From a bacterium (GTDB taxonomy: Bacteria > Patescibacteriota > Dojkabacteria > JAKAPS01): a DNA stretch of 62,789 bases. Each line of letters begins with the position of its first letter. Positions within the stretch are counted from its first letter, which is position 1. A program made the translations under genes and the position numbers. The stretch is taken from the NCBI GenBank assembly GCA_021806925.1, contig JAKAPS010000006.1, positions 1 to 62,789 of the forward strand. Reading direction: 5' to 3'. Positions 28,962 through 39,493 of the stretch are shown here, one piece after another. Under the pieces are notes generated by a model. The model was not told the origin of the DNA. It saw nothing but the letters and a program-made list of their open reading frames with translations, and ran no database searches.

Positions 28962-30248
28962 TCATATTAAACTAGACAATACATTTATTCCAAGTATACT
29001 CACACCTATTATTTTTAATATTGTAACACTAAATATTATTAGCAATAATCCAAGTATTGCATTTGTTATCGTCTTCTGACCCTTCTTTATATCTTCATCA
29101 CTTTGACTTGTCATCAGTTTATATCCTCCTAACATCATCATTATTAATGCCACAAATCCTCCAACACCTACTGCTATCGTTAATATTATCTGTACCACTG
29201 CTCCGAAATTCGATGGAATACATCCGAATGCCGTATATGTATTCCCATTTGCTACTGTCTCAGTAGTATTTGTAGCAGGTATATATACTGGTTGTGTTGT
29301 ACATGTACATTCTGCTGCGTTTTGACTTGCATATTGTGGTGATTGACAGTTTAATACCCCTTTAGCTCCATTTCCTCCTGATGAAAAACCTGAGATGTTA
29401 CATATGCCATTAATCCATCTGTTATTTGTTGCTATTGGTTTTAAAGTATTATTACCATTAACCATTGTATGATTTATGCTACTCCCTGGATTTGTACTTT
29501 CACCTGTATAATTAAAACAATAGCTTAACGGTGGCATTGATGTATCTATATACGGAGGAATGGACGTATATGGTCCTGCTTGTCCATTGCCTGGTAACCC
29601 AGGATATCCAGTTTTTTCTGCACAATCAAAAGTGAATTCACTTGAGATATTGCCTGTGATATTTTCATTTTCAACTCTCAAAGCACCTGTATCACTACAA
29701 ATATTTGCGAATTCTGAATCACACACTATTACAAATGCTGTCTCACCTGAGTTATCCTCCACTTCATATTCCATACAAATTGGTTCATCGTTTGTACGGT
29801 CAACGTTACATTGAGATACATTTATACCAAAGAAATGCTGATCCGAACATGCACTCGTACCATCATATGGCTTGACAATAGAAGGTATATTATTTTGATA
29901 ATCCCATGCAATTTTAGAATCTGGAGACATCATTATATAATCTGAAGTCCACGAAGCTTCATCTAATATATCTGTTGAATATCCATAATTGAAAATCATA
30001 GCATCTCCTGCTCCGATAAGTCCACCAGCCCAACTTGTACCAAAATTATTTCCATTACTACTACCAGTTTTTACAGTAAAACTATCCACACAATTCATAG
30101 CACCTGAATTATCCTCTATAAATACATTACTCTCACATCCTGTATATAGTCCTCCACTTCCTTTTACTATACTCTTCTGACCTATTAATCCAAAATATAC
30201 TGGTATAAATAACAGGAATATAAATAATATCAAAAATGACTTTTTCAC
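28962..30248 (-). CDS. Large VirB2-like pilin with extended Cys-rich exported domain
   Basis: Signal peptide, many Cys, C-terminal LGGYKLMTSQ...KKGQKTITNAILGL. Confidence 0.75.
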   Translation of the reverse strand: MKKSFLILFIFLLFIPVYFGLIGQKSIVKGSGGLYTGCESNVFIEDNSGAMNCVDSFTVKTGSSNGNNFGTSWAGGLIGAGDAMIFNYGYSTDILDEASWTSDYIMMSPDSKIAWDYQNNIPSIVKPYDGTSACSDQHFFGINVSQCNVDRTNDEPICMEYEVEDNSGETAFVIVCDSEFANICSDTGALRVENENITGNISSEFTFDCAEKTGYPGLPGNGQAGPYTSIPPYIDTSMPPLSYCFNYTGESTNPGSSINHTMVNGNNTLKPIATNNRWINGICNISGFSSGGNGAKGVLNCQSPQYASQNAAECTCTTQPVYIPATNTTETVANGNTYTAFGCIPSNFGAVVQIILTIAVGVGGFVALIMMMLGGYKLMTSQSDEDIKKGQKTITNAILGLLLIIFSVTILKIIGVSILGINVLSSLI

Positions 30249-30276
30249 CTATGTATATATTATCAATAATATATAG

Positions 30277-30307
30277 AAAATAAAAGGGAAGAGTAAACTC
30301 TTCCCTT
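30277..30307 (-). terminator. Intrinsic terminator of groES-groEL
   Basis: Perfect 10-bp stem AAGGGAAGAG-N4-CTCTTCCCTT followed by TTATTTT on the minus strand. Confidence 0.85.
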
Positions 30308-30336
30308 CCTTTTCATATTTCCTTTTTTCGTTACTC

Positions 30337-31968
30337 TTACATCATACCACCCATTGATGGATCATAACCTCCTGCAGAATCAGTGTGATTATGTTCCTCT
30401 GGTTTTGGAATATCTGCAACAACTGCATCTATTGTTAGAAGCATTATTGCTGCACTTGCTCCGTTTTGAACTGCAAGCCTTGTTACTTTAGTAGGATCGA
30501 CTATACCGTTCTCAAGCATATTCTCATATACTCCAGTTGAAGCGTTATATCCAACACCTTTTCCAATCTTATCTATAACAACTCCGCCCTCAAGTCCTGC
30601 ATTCTCTGCAATTCTTCTTGCTGGTTCTTCAAGAGCTTTTACAAGAATATCTCTTCCAACTGCTTCATCTCCGCTTAACTTTAATTCTGTTAAATTTCTT
30701 GAAGCATCTAGGTATGCAACTCCACCACCTGAAACAACACCTTCTTCAAGTGCTGCTCTTGTAGCTGCTAATGCATCTTCTATTCTATCTTTCTTTTCTT
30801 TTAATTCAACTTCAGTAGCTGCACCAACCTTGAATACAGCAACTCCACCAGTTAATTTACCGACTCTCTCCTGTAGTTTCTCTTTATCATAATCACTTGT
30901 AGTATTTTCAATCTGAGTTCTAATTGATTCCACTCTTACATCAATTTCTTCTTTCTTTCCAGATCCTCCTACTATTATAGTGTTATCTTTATCAGATATA
31001 ACTTTCTTTGCTTTTCCAAGATCAGATATATCCGCACTTTCAAGTTTCTTACCAAGTTTCTCTGTTATGACTCTACCACCTGTTAGAACTGCAATATCTT
31101 CAAGCATTGCATCTCTCCTGTCACCAAATCCAGGTGCTTTCACTGCAAGTACATTAATAACTCCTCTGAGCTTATTAACTACAAGAGTTGGAAGAGCCTC
31201 TCCATCAACATCCTCTGAAATTATTACTAAGTCTTTTTTACCTTGGTTTACTAACTTTTCAATTATTGGAAGAAGATCCTTTATTGAACTTATTTTCATA
31301 TCTGTGATTAAGATATTAGCATTTTCAATAATTGCTTCCTGCCTATCTGCATTTGTGATGAAATATGGAGAAATATATCCCCTATCAAACTTCATACCCT
31401 CAACGTGTTCTATTTCATCATGAATTCCTCTTGATTCATCTACTGTAATAACTCCACTATTTCCTACTTTGCTCATTAATGTTGAAATCATTTCTCCAAT
31501 TTCAATATTATTGTTTGAGCTTACTGTTGCAACCTGCTTGATTTCATCTGGTGCACTTATTGTTTTTGAATTTTTCTTAAATTCATTTGTAACAAATTCA
31601 ACTGATTTCTCAATACCGCTTCTTACTTGTACTGGATTTGCTCCAGCTGCGATATTTTTAAATCCTTCACTAATGATTTTCTGTGCTATTACTGTTGCAG
31701 TTGTTGTACCATCACCGGCATTATCACCTGTTTTAATTGCTGCCTGCTTTATTATTTGTGCTCCCATATTTTCTACAGCGTCAGCAAGTTCAATATCCTT
31801 TGCTACAGAGACACCATCTTTTGTTACTACAGGGTTACCATAACTTCTTCCAAGAACAACTAATTTACCTCTTGGCCCCATTGTTACCTTTACAGCGTTA
31901 GCAAGTGTATCTACTCCTTTTTTAAGTTTCTTCCTTGCTTCATCGCCATGTAATACTTTTTTTGCCAT
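30337..31968 (-). CDS. groL: Chaperonin GroEL
   Basis: AVKVTMGPRG, AGDGTTTATV, GMKFDRGYISPYF, KAPGFGDRR, GGM tail. Confidence 0.99.
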   Translation of the reverse strand: MAKKVLHGDEARKKLKKGVDTLANAVKVTMGPRGKLVVLGRSYGNPVVTKDGVSVAKDIELADAVENMGAQIIKQAAIKTGDNAGDGTTTATVIAQKIISEGFKNIAAGANPVQVRSGIEKSVEFVTNEFKKNSKTISAPDEIKQVATVSSNNNIEIGEMISTLMSKVGNSGVITVDESRGIHDEIEHVEGMKFDRGYISPYFITNADRQEAIIENANILITDMKISSIKDLLPIIEKLVNQGKKDLVIISEDVDGEALPTLVVNKLRGVINVLAVKAPGFGDRRDAMLEDIAVLTGGRVITEKLGKKLESADISDLGKAKKVISDKDNTIIVGGSGKKEEIDVRVESIRTQIENTTSDYDKEKLQERVGKLTGGVAVFKVGAATEVELKEKKDRIEDALAATRAALEEGVVSGGGVAYLDASRNLTELKLSGDEAVGRDILVKALEEPARRIAENAGLEGGVVIDKIGKGVGYNASTGVYENMLENGIVDPTKVTRLAVQNGASAAIMLLTIDAVVADIPKPEEHNHTDSAGGYDPSMGGMM

Positions 31969-31990
31969 AATTTATTTTAATATATATTAA

Positions 31991-32344
31991 TTAACCTTGT
32001 ATAATACCAAGGATATCTGATTCTTCCATTATTAAATATGTAGATCCCTTAACCTCTACTTCATCTGGAGAATATTTCTTAAATAGAACTTTATCTCCTA
32101 CCTTAACTGAGAATGGTAAAACTTTACCTGATTTTGTTATTTTCCCACTTCCAAGTGCAACAATTTTTCCCATTTGTGGTTTTTCATTTGATATATTATC
32201 AGGAATTACTAACCCAAATGATGTAACTGTTTCTTTCTCTTCAGGAAGTACAACAATTTTGCCTCCAATTGGTTGTATTCCTAATGTACCAGTACTCACT
32301 GTAGGAGTGCTGGTAGTTGTTTGTGCTTTTGCAGCGTTACTCAT
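31991..32344 (-). CDS. groS: Co-chaperonin GroES with about 20-aa Thr-rich N-terminal extension
   Basis: IQPIGGKIVV, GLVIPD..EKPQ.G, VKVGDKVLFKKY, EESDILGII. Confidence 0.97.
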   Translation of the reverse strand: MSNAAKAQTTTSTPTVSTGTLGIQPIGGKIVVLPEEKETVTSFGLVIPDNISNEKPQMGKIVALGSGKITKSGKVLPFSVKVGDKVLFKKYSPDEVEVKGSTYLIMEESDILGIIQG

Positions 32345-32385
32345 ATTTTTTTACGATATTATATAACAAGATGAATAAGTGAAAA

Positions 32386-32412
32386 CTAGCACTTAACATA
32401 CTTGGTTGCTAA
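32386..32412 (-). promoter_or_regulatory. CIRCE operator upstream of groES
   Basis: Minus strand TTAGCAACC-N9-AAGTGCTAG against consensus TTAGCACTC-N9-GAGTGCTAA. Confidence 0.85.
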
Positions 32413-32415
32413 TAT

Positions 32416-32444
32416 AATATTGCAGATTTATATAAATGTCAATA
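32416..32444 (-). promoter_or_regulatory. sigma70 promoter of groESL, TTGACA-N17-TATTAT
   Basis: Consensus -35 with 17-nt spacing, 3 nt upstream of CIRCE. Confidence 0.8.
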
Positions 32445-32481
32445 TTCCCATAATATATTGTGTGGAAGTGTATCAGTTTGA

Positions 32482-34239
32482 TTATTGAGTAACTGATTGT
32501 ATAACATTAACATTCTCTTTCATTAACAGAATATTTTTTATTTTACCAGCTATTTTAGATATTAGCTCACTTTCCTCATCTTCAAGAAAATATGCAAGAA
32601 ATATATATACACTAATTCCAACGTAACATACTATTGCAATCAAAAAAATCAATTCAATGGTATGAGATGTGTTTATCAAACTATCAAGCAATATATATAC
32701 TCCATACATTGCGATACCCATAACCCCGCCTGATACGACCTTCTTTATTAATGGTATCTTAAATTCATCTCTTTTCAATCCACCAATACTTTTTTTGAAC
32801 ACACTTCCCATGTATATGAGGACAATAAATGATGTAATTGTTGATGCTAGAGATAACCCCCCGACAGCCATCCAACCATTACTTCCAGACACAAATGAAG
32901 GAAGTAAATTAATATGCATAAAATTACCAATAACACCTCTGTATGCAGAAAAATTTCCAAATACCTTAACTAAATAAATGCTAAGGAATAGATTTACTAT
33001 AACTGTAATTAAAGAAGCTCTTAAAGGTACTTTTGTATTTTGCATTGCATAGAATCCTCTTATGAGAAGTGCAATTACAGATTGAAATATTATATTCAAT
33101 CCAAAGAAGAAAAGAACCCACGCTGTTGCAAGAGTGCCGTCCCAGCCAAGCATTGTATCTTTTCCTATTCCAAGAAGTCTTACAAGAGGCAATCTTAATA
33201 CTGTTATTATTATTGCAAGTGGAATTGAGAAAAATAAAATTTGTTGAAGCGATTTAGAAAAATTCTTTTTAAAAGAATCTATTTTCCCTAGGCTATATTC
33301 TTCAACTAGAACAGGAAATGCAGCTTGAGCAATACTAAGTCCAACTACAACGACTGGTATTAAATATATTGTGTAGGCATATTTGAATGCACTAAGAGAC
33401 CCGCTAATAAGTCCTATTGCAAGTATTGTATCAACAAGAACACTTAGTTGTTCCCCAAGCAGTCCAAGAACCCTAGGAGAAAAAAGCCTAAGCATTTCAA
33501 TTAAATAATTATTTTTAAAATTAAAATCAAATTTAAAATCTATTCCAAGCATTTTTATAACAGGCAATTGAACAATTAAATGAAATACACTACCTAAAAC
33601 TACTCCCCAGCATAATCCAATAACACCAAAGAATGGAACAAAAATAAAGATTGAAAGTATAAATCCTAATGAATACATTACCGAAGCAATTTGTGTAATT
33701 ATGAACCTTTTATGAACCATTAAAATACCAGTCAATATGAAGCTAAGACCTAATATGAATGGAGATATAAAGAGGATTCTTATCATCTCTGACATCTCTG
33801 CAAATTCAAATGCATTAAATGGTGGAGTTGGTTTAGATATACCGAAATCTACAAGTGCTTTAACTATAAACGGAGCAAATACTATACCTATAAGTGCTAA
33901 AACACTTAACAACAATGATGCAAATGTAAATAATTTTGAAAAAACAGAATTAAATTCATCTGATTTTTTTCCAGTGAATTTTGAAAATACAGGTATAATT
34001 GCAGTATTTATACTACCTGTAACAAGTAGTGTGAATATTATTTCTGGAAGAGTGTTTGCAGCATAAAACATATCAAGACTTCTTGAAGTACCAAACATGT
34101 TTGCAAGAAGAACTAATTTGATTATCCCAATAAGTTTTGTAGCAGTTGTTGCAATAATAAATACTAAGGCACCACTTAATATTGTTTCCTGCTTTTTTGA
34201 AACAAAATCCCTGCTATTTTTTAGTATTGAAAAAGCCAT
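32482..34239 (-). CDS. murJ: Lipid II flippase MurJ (MviN)
   Basis: TKLIGIIK...MFGTS..LDMFYAANTLPEIIF, AQAAFP, RGFYAMQNTKVP; about 14 TM. Confidence 0.93.
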   Translation of the reverse strand: MAFSILKNSRDFVSKKQETILSGALVFIIATTATKLIGIIKLVLLANMFGTSRSLDMFYAANTLPEIIFTLLVTGSINTAIIPVFSKFTGKKSDEFNSVFSKLFTFASLLLSVLALIGIVFAPFIVKALVDFGISKPTPPFNAFEFAEMSEMIRILFISPFILGLSFILTGILMVHKRFIITQIASVMYSLGFILSIFIFVPFFGVIGLCWGVVLGSVFHLIVQLPVIKMLGIDFKFDFNFKNNYLIEMLRLFSPRVLGLLGEQLSVLVDTILAIGLISGSLSAFKYAYTIYLIPVVVVGLSIAQAAFPVLVEEYSLGKIDSFKKNFSKSLQQILFFSIPLAIIITVLRLPLVRLLGIGKDTMLGWDGTLATAWVLFFFGLNIIFQSVIALLIRGFYAMQNTKVPLRASLITVIVNLFLSIYLVKVFGNFSAYRGVIGNFMHINLLPSFVSGSNGWMAVGGLSLASTITSFIVLIYMGSVFKKSIGGLKRDEFKIPLIKKVVSGGVMGIAMYGVYILLDSLINTSHTIELIFLIAIVCYVGISVYIFLAYFLEDEESELISKIAGKIKNILLMKENVNVIQSVTQ

Positions 34240-34443
34240 AATATATAAAAATTATTATAACAGAATAAATCATACATAAAAATATAAATAATAAATATAT
34301 ATGTTAATAGGTGTTATACAAAACATACGAGATAAAACTTTCTTCTATATAATCAGTTTCCACTTCTACTGGATCTAGTGAATTGTTCAAAGCCAATGTT
34401 GCTTTCAATTATTAATATATATATAATTAGTGCAAATATAATT

Positions 34444-35031
34444 ATGGCAAGTTTAAATTTAAATTATTCAAGAACAGTTCCAAATCCAATATATACAATT
34501 CCTACATTTGTTTCAGATGATGATCAAAGGTGTGTAAATTGTTTAATTGAAATACCAAAAGGAACAATAAACAAATATGAATATTTAAATGATATTGGAC
34601 TTCTAAAATTAGACAGAGTTGGATATTCTTCACTTGCATATCCTTTTTCATATGGAGCAATTCCATGTACACTTGATGAAGATGGAGATCCTCTAGATGT
34701 TATGGTAGTTTACGAGACTGAGAAATTCTTTCCAGGTTGTTTAATAGAAGGCAGAGTTATAGGTGTTATGAAAATGGTAGATGGTGAAGAAGTTGATGAT
34801 AAGATACTTGTTGTTCCAAATAATGATAAGAGATATGATCATATTAATGAGATCAATGAGATTCCTGAATATTTAATAAAAGAGTTCACATATTATTGGA
34901 CTCACTATAAAGATATGAAAAAACCAGGGACTGTCTCCATTGAGGGTTTTTTAAACAGTAATGATGCAGTTGATGTTATAATGAAATCAATTGAGAGGTA
35001 TGAAAAAGAAATACTACCTAAACTCAAATGA
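34444..35031 (+). CDS. ppa: Family I inorganic pyrophosphatase (start revised to ATG 34444)
   Basis: IEIPKGTINKYE, LDRV, YP..YGAIP.TLDEDGDPLDV, DDKIL. Confidence 0.95.
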   Translation: MASLNLNYSRTVPNPIYTIPTFVSDDDQRCVNCLIEIPKGTINKYEYLNDIGLLKLDRVGYSSLAYPFSYGAIPCTLDEDGDPLDVMVVYETEKFFPGCLIEGRVIGVMKMVDGEEVDDKILVVPNNDKRYDHINEINEIPEYLIKEFTYYWTHYKDMKKPGTVSIEGFLNSNDAVDVIMKSIERYEKEILPKLK

Positions 35032-37247
35032 AAAAATTACCTTTTACAATTGACGATAAACACTTCGATTCATCTACCGTTGAATCATTTATACGTGAAT
35101 TTTGGCAAGAGGAAAAGCTATTCGAAACAAATTCTAATTTAGATAAAAATAAGAATGTTTTCTCAATAATACTTCCTCCACCAAATGCAAATGCACGACT
35201 TCACCTTGGACATGTATCAGGATACGCATATCAAGATTTAATGGGAAGATTTCACAGATTACTTGGTGATGATGTACTCCTTCTACCTGGAAAAGATCAT
35301 GGGGGTATTCAAACAGAAGTCGTTTTTGAGAAAGAATTATCCAAGCAAAATATAAGAAAAAGAGATCTTTCTAGAGATGAATTTTTTAAAAGATGCTATG
35401 AGTTCTCAATTATGAATATGAAAAATGCAAGAGAACAAGAGGAAATGATTGGATTAAGTGCAGATTTTTCAAAAGACATTTTTACGCTAGATGATAGAAT
35501 AAAAAAAACTGTTTACGATACATTTGTATCCATGTATAAGGATGGGCTGATTTATAGAGGAAAAAGAATAATAAACTGGTGTACAAGATGTCTTAGTGCA
35601 CTTGCAGATGTTGATACTGAAAACAAGGATGAGGATTCATTCCTTTACTATATAAAATATGGCGATGACCTTGTAGTAGCAACAACAAGACCAGAAACTA
35701 AGATTGCTGATACTGCACTGGCCGTAAACCCAAGAGATGAAAGATACAAAAAATATATAAACACAGAAATTGAAGTTGTATCTCCTGAAGGAACATATAT
35801 GCTTCCAGTTATAGCAGAAGACGATGTAGATATGAATTTCGGAACAGGTGTATTAAAAATAACACCTGGTCATTCTCCAGAGGACTATAAAATTGGACTA
35901 AGACACAACCTACCAATAAAGACTGTTATTGATAAATATGGGAAGATGAATGAAAGTTCAAATCAATATAAAGGATTAAAAGTAATAGAAGCAAGAAATA
36001 AGATAGTTGAGGATTTGAAGAAGATGGGTCTTTTAGTGAAAATTGAAGCGATAAATCATAGTGTTCCTGTATGTGAAAGATGCAAGACAATAATTGAGCC
36101 GCTCATATCATATCAATGGTTCCTTTCACTAGACGAGTTAAAACGTAAAACTATATTAGCAATTGAAAATGAAGATATAAAGATTCATCCAAAAAGAATG
36201 GGTAAAAACCTTATACAGTGGCTTGTGTCACCAGAAGACTGGTGCCTTTCAAGACAGTTATTTTGGGGATTTAAAATACCAGCATATTATTGTGGAGGTA
36301 AAGATATAATCAGCGATGAGAATGGAAACCTTATTGAAAAATATGGAGGGAGTGGAGGATGTGGAGAAATAATAGTACAAGAAAATGTACCTGATAAATG
36401 TCCAAAGTGCGGTGGAACTAATATAGTAGCAGAAGAAGACATATTAGATACATGGTTTTCATCAACACAATGGCCATACGCAACACTATTGAGTTATCCT
36501 GGATACTTTGAGAAATACTTTCCTACAAGTGTTATGGAAACAGGAAGAGACATAATATTTTTTTGGGTTGCAAGAATGATAATCATGGGAATATATAAGT
36601 ATGGAGAAGTACCATTCAAAGATGTTCACCTTCATGGATTAGTTACTGATAAGGAAGGGAAAAAGATGAGCAAATCAAAAGGAAATGGTATAGACCCTTT
36701 TGAAATGATTCAAAAATATGGTGTAGATGCTCTTCGTTACTCATTTGTTTTTGCAAATTCTATTGGGAAGGATTACAGACTATTCGATGAGAAAATAAAA
36801 GGGAATAGAAATTTTGTAAATAAGATATGGAATGCTTCACGTTTTATACTTCAGAATATTTCAGATGAAGGAAATATAAAGGTTGCTACAAATGAATCTA
36901 ATTTATCCCCTATTGTAAAAAATAATGAGGACTATATTAAATTCAGTGAATTTGAAAACAGGATTATTGAATTAAATAAGAAGTATAAATTTGGAAAAGC
37001 ATCTGAAGAAATGTACGAATATTTTTGGCATACATATTGTGATGTATTAATAGAAAAATATAAAGAAAAAATTAAAGAGAAAGATATTGAAGCAATGGAA
37101 GTACTGCTAACGATACTCGTTTCTTTCATGCAGTTATTACACCCCTATATGCCATATATAACAGAATATATATGGATTCTTCTATATGAAAAGAATATTG
37201 TTACAGAGAATTCAATATCAAAGACAAAATTCTTTAACATATCTTAA
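35028..37247 (+). CDS. valS: Valyl-tRNA synthetase, short form lacking the C-terminal coiled coil
   Basis: PPPNA..RLHLGH, DHGGIQTE, TTRPET, GTGVLKITPGH, DWCLSRQLFWG, LDTWFSS, DIIFFWVARM, KMSKSKGN. Confidence 0.96.
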   Translation: MKKLPFTIDDKHFDSSTVESFIREFWQEEKLFETNSNLDKNKNVFSIILPPPNANARLHLGHVSGYAYQDLMGRFHRLLGDDVLLLPGKDHGGIQTEVVFEKELSKQNIRKRDLSRDEFFKRCYEFSIMNMKNAREQEEMIGLSADFSKDIFTLDDRIKKTVYDTFVSMYKDGLIYRGKRIINWCTRCLSALADVDTENKDEDSFLYYIKYGDDLVVATTRPETKIADTALAVNPRDERYKKYINTEIEVVSPEGTYMLPVIAEDDVDMNFGTGVLKITPGHSPEDYKIGLRHNLPIKTVIDKYGKMNESSNQYKGLKVIEARNKIVEDLKKMGLLVKIEAINHSVPVCERCKTIIEPLISYQWFLSLDELKRKTILAIENEDIKIHPKRMGKNLIQWLVSPEDWCLSRQLFWGFKIPAYYCGGKDIISDENGNLIEKYGGSGGCGEIIVQENVPDKCPKCGGTNIVAEEDILDTWFSSTQWPYATLLSYPGYFEKYFPTSVMETGRDIIFFWVARMIIMGIYKYGEVPFKDVHLHGLVTDKEGKKMSKSKGNGIDPFEMIQKYGVDALRYSFVFANSIGKDYRLFDEKIKGNRNFVNKIWNASRFILQNISDEGNIKVATNESNLSPIVKNNEDYIKFSEFENRIIELNKKYKFGKASEEMYEYFWHTYCDVLIEKYKEKIKEKDIEAMEVLLTILVSFMQLLHPYMPYITEYIWILLYEKNIVTENSISKTKFFNIS

Positions 37248-37477
37248 ACAAGGGTTGTTTTTTGTTTCAAAAGCTTTAAAATAGCTTAGAATCTGTATTT
37301 AATCCTTTCGTGGGTGCTAACCAATTTTTATTCATTCCTTCATTTCAACCTTTTTCTCTCTTTAGTGTTTAATTTGATATAAAAGAATAATTTACTAGGA
37401 GTCTGACAACTACACTTCTATAGCACTTTTTATGAAAGTATTTGACAATACACTCATAAATATTCTTTAATTGTATT

Positions 37478-39493
37478 GTGAGTATAGAAGCATACAAACA
37501 AAAATTTCTACAAGTATTAAAAATAAATAGTTTCAGAAAGAAAGTAGTTATATCTATATTACTGTTTTCTGTATTTTCATTAACTTCATTAATATATTTA
37601 TATAATCAACACATTAAAGTTTTTGCATTTGGAAGTACACAAAATACTTCTATAGTACAGACTACATCACAAACACCTCCGGATATTACAGATTTGTGGA
37701 ATGGTAATGCCCACCTAGGACCAGTACAAACTGTAAATTTTGTAGGGAATCCTTCAACAGGCTCATTTGGTGATCCAGGAAGAGTTTCCCTGATTTATGG
37801 TAATAATAACGAAATTTATGCATATTTTAGACAAGCAGTTCCAAATACATCTAAAATTTATGATCTTTATATGGCAACATCTACTGATGGAGGGATGACA
37901 TTTAATGTTAATCCTAATGCAATTCTTAGCCAACAAAATACAGGAGAAATTAATTTGTTTGATCCTAATGTTATGAAACTAAACAATGGTTATTGGATGG
38001 TATATGAAAGTCAGCCTAGTACTGATAATTGCACAGGATCTGTTAGTATTGCATACTCTCCTGATGGAGTTAATAATTGGAAATTTGAAGGAATACCAGT
38101 ATGTGGTCAAAGCTGGAATCTTGGGGCTTCAACTCCAAACTTTGTACAGGTGCCAAATTCTAATAATCTATATTTACAATGGGTTGTTGTTGACTATAAC
38201 GATGTATATGATGGATTAACAACCAGACACCAAATTGAGATGGATCCAACTAACTTAACAAAAACACTTTCTACAGATCCATTAATAAATCAATTACCAC
38301 AGGACATTGCAAATTCCTGGGATGATAGGAATTTCGGTTCAGGAAACACAATATATGAAAATGGTTACTATTATACATTTTATGAGGGAGCAGATAGTGT
38401 AACATGTCAACCAACTCCTCCACATAATGAAAGTCTTTGGGGAATAGGTCTTGCAAGAACAAATGATATTGCAAACCCAAGTTCAGTAGTTAAATACAGT
38501 GGGAATCCGCTAATAATAGCTCAGAAAAATGATTCATGCTGGGTACAATATCCAGCTGTAATAAAAATTAATGGAAGCTACTACTTATATTATGAGGATT
38601 CATATAACAATTATGGTCACCCTAATGAGTACATATTAAGAAGGGAAATAGTATGGAATACAACAAGCACAATAACAGGAAAGGTTGTATATACTCAAAA
38701 CGGTGGTGGAGGATTAGGAGGAGTTAGCGTAAATGATGGAACTCAAACAGTACTAACTAATTCAAGTGGATATTATACATTTAACGTAGTGCCTGGATCA
38801 TACACTATAAAGATTGCATTACCAGAAGGATACAACTATGCAACAAATTCACCAACATCATTAAGTGTAATAGCTACACCTCCAGGGTCATCAATTGCAC
38901 TTTCACCTACACCTAATTTCTCTCTTACACCTATAGCAACATACCCTTATTCTGGAAATGTGTATAAGGTAACAGGAACAACAGAGACCGGAATGCCTGG
39001 AGTTACAGTAATAAACAATGGCGTTACAACAACAACAAATTCTAGTGGTGAATTTAGCTTTAATACACCTCCTGGATTAGAAACATTTACCTTGCAACTT
39101 CCGAGCGGATACTCTTATGTTCCAAATTCAAAAACAGAGTATACAGTTGAATTCCCATCAAATACATTAAATGTTCCCGTTGCAAATTTCTACATAACCC
39201 AAACTTCACCTGTTGTATCTCAAGTGCCTCCAGTTACCCAAACTCCTCAACAGCAACAATTAGTAAGCTCAAATTCTATAAGCAGCACACAAAAAACAGC
39301 ATATGTATCAAATTCAGTTCGAATTCCGTCCGAGAGTACTACTGTATCATCACCGACACCTACTCCTTTAAGTAGTATTACAACTGGAAATGTCATAGAA
39401 GCTACAACAAGTTTTAGTCAAGTATTCATGTCAATACTTTCTTCTTTAGTATCATCATTTACATCAAGTATTGGTTCAACCTTGAAACTCTAG
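37478..39493 (+). CDS. Exported five-bladed beta-propeller glycoside hydrolase-like protein (GH43/117/130 type) with two CnaB/carboxypeptidase-regulatory-like domains and S/T/P tail
   Basis: FDPNVMK..YWMVYE, YYYTFYEG, IGLART..KYSGNPLI, QYPAVIK..YYLYYE; TNSSGYYTF and TNSSGEFSF repeats. Confidence 0.7.
   Translation: MSIEAYKQKFLQVLKINSFRKKVVISILLFSVFSLTSLIYLYNQHIKVFAFGSTQNTSIVQTTSQTPPDITDLWNGNAHLGPVQTVNFVGNPSTGSFGDPGRVSLIYGNNNEIYAYFRQAVPNTSKIYDLYMATSTDGGMTFNVNPNAILSQQNTGEINLFDPNVMKLNNGYWMVYESQPSTDNCTGSVSIAYSPDGVNNWKFEGIPVCGQSWNLGASTPNFVQVPNSNNLYLQWVVVDYNDVYDGLTTRHQIEMDPTNLTKTLSTDPLINQLPQDIANSWDDRNFGSGNTIYENGYYYTFYEGADSVTCQPTPPHNESLWGIGLARTNDIANPSSVVKYSGNPLIIAQKNDSCWVQYPAVIKINGSYYLYYEDSYNNYGHPNEYILRREIVWNTTSTITGKVVYTQNGGGGLGGVSVNDGTQTVLTNSSGYYTFNVVPGSYTIKIALPEGYNYATNSPTSLSVIATPPGSSIALSPTPNFSLTPIATYPYSGNVYKVTGTTETGMPGVTVINNGVTTTTNSSGEFSFNTPPGLETFTLQLPSGYSYVPNSKTEYTVEFPSNTLNVPVANFYITQTSPVVSQVPPVTQTPQQQQLVSSNSISSTQKTAYVSNSVRIPSESTTVSSPTPTPLSSITTGNVIEATTSFSQVFMSILSSLVSSFTSSIGSTLKL

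Noticed and set aside
37312-37320. GGGTGCTAA as a third CIRCE
   Set aside because: No matching left half-site 9 nt upstream
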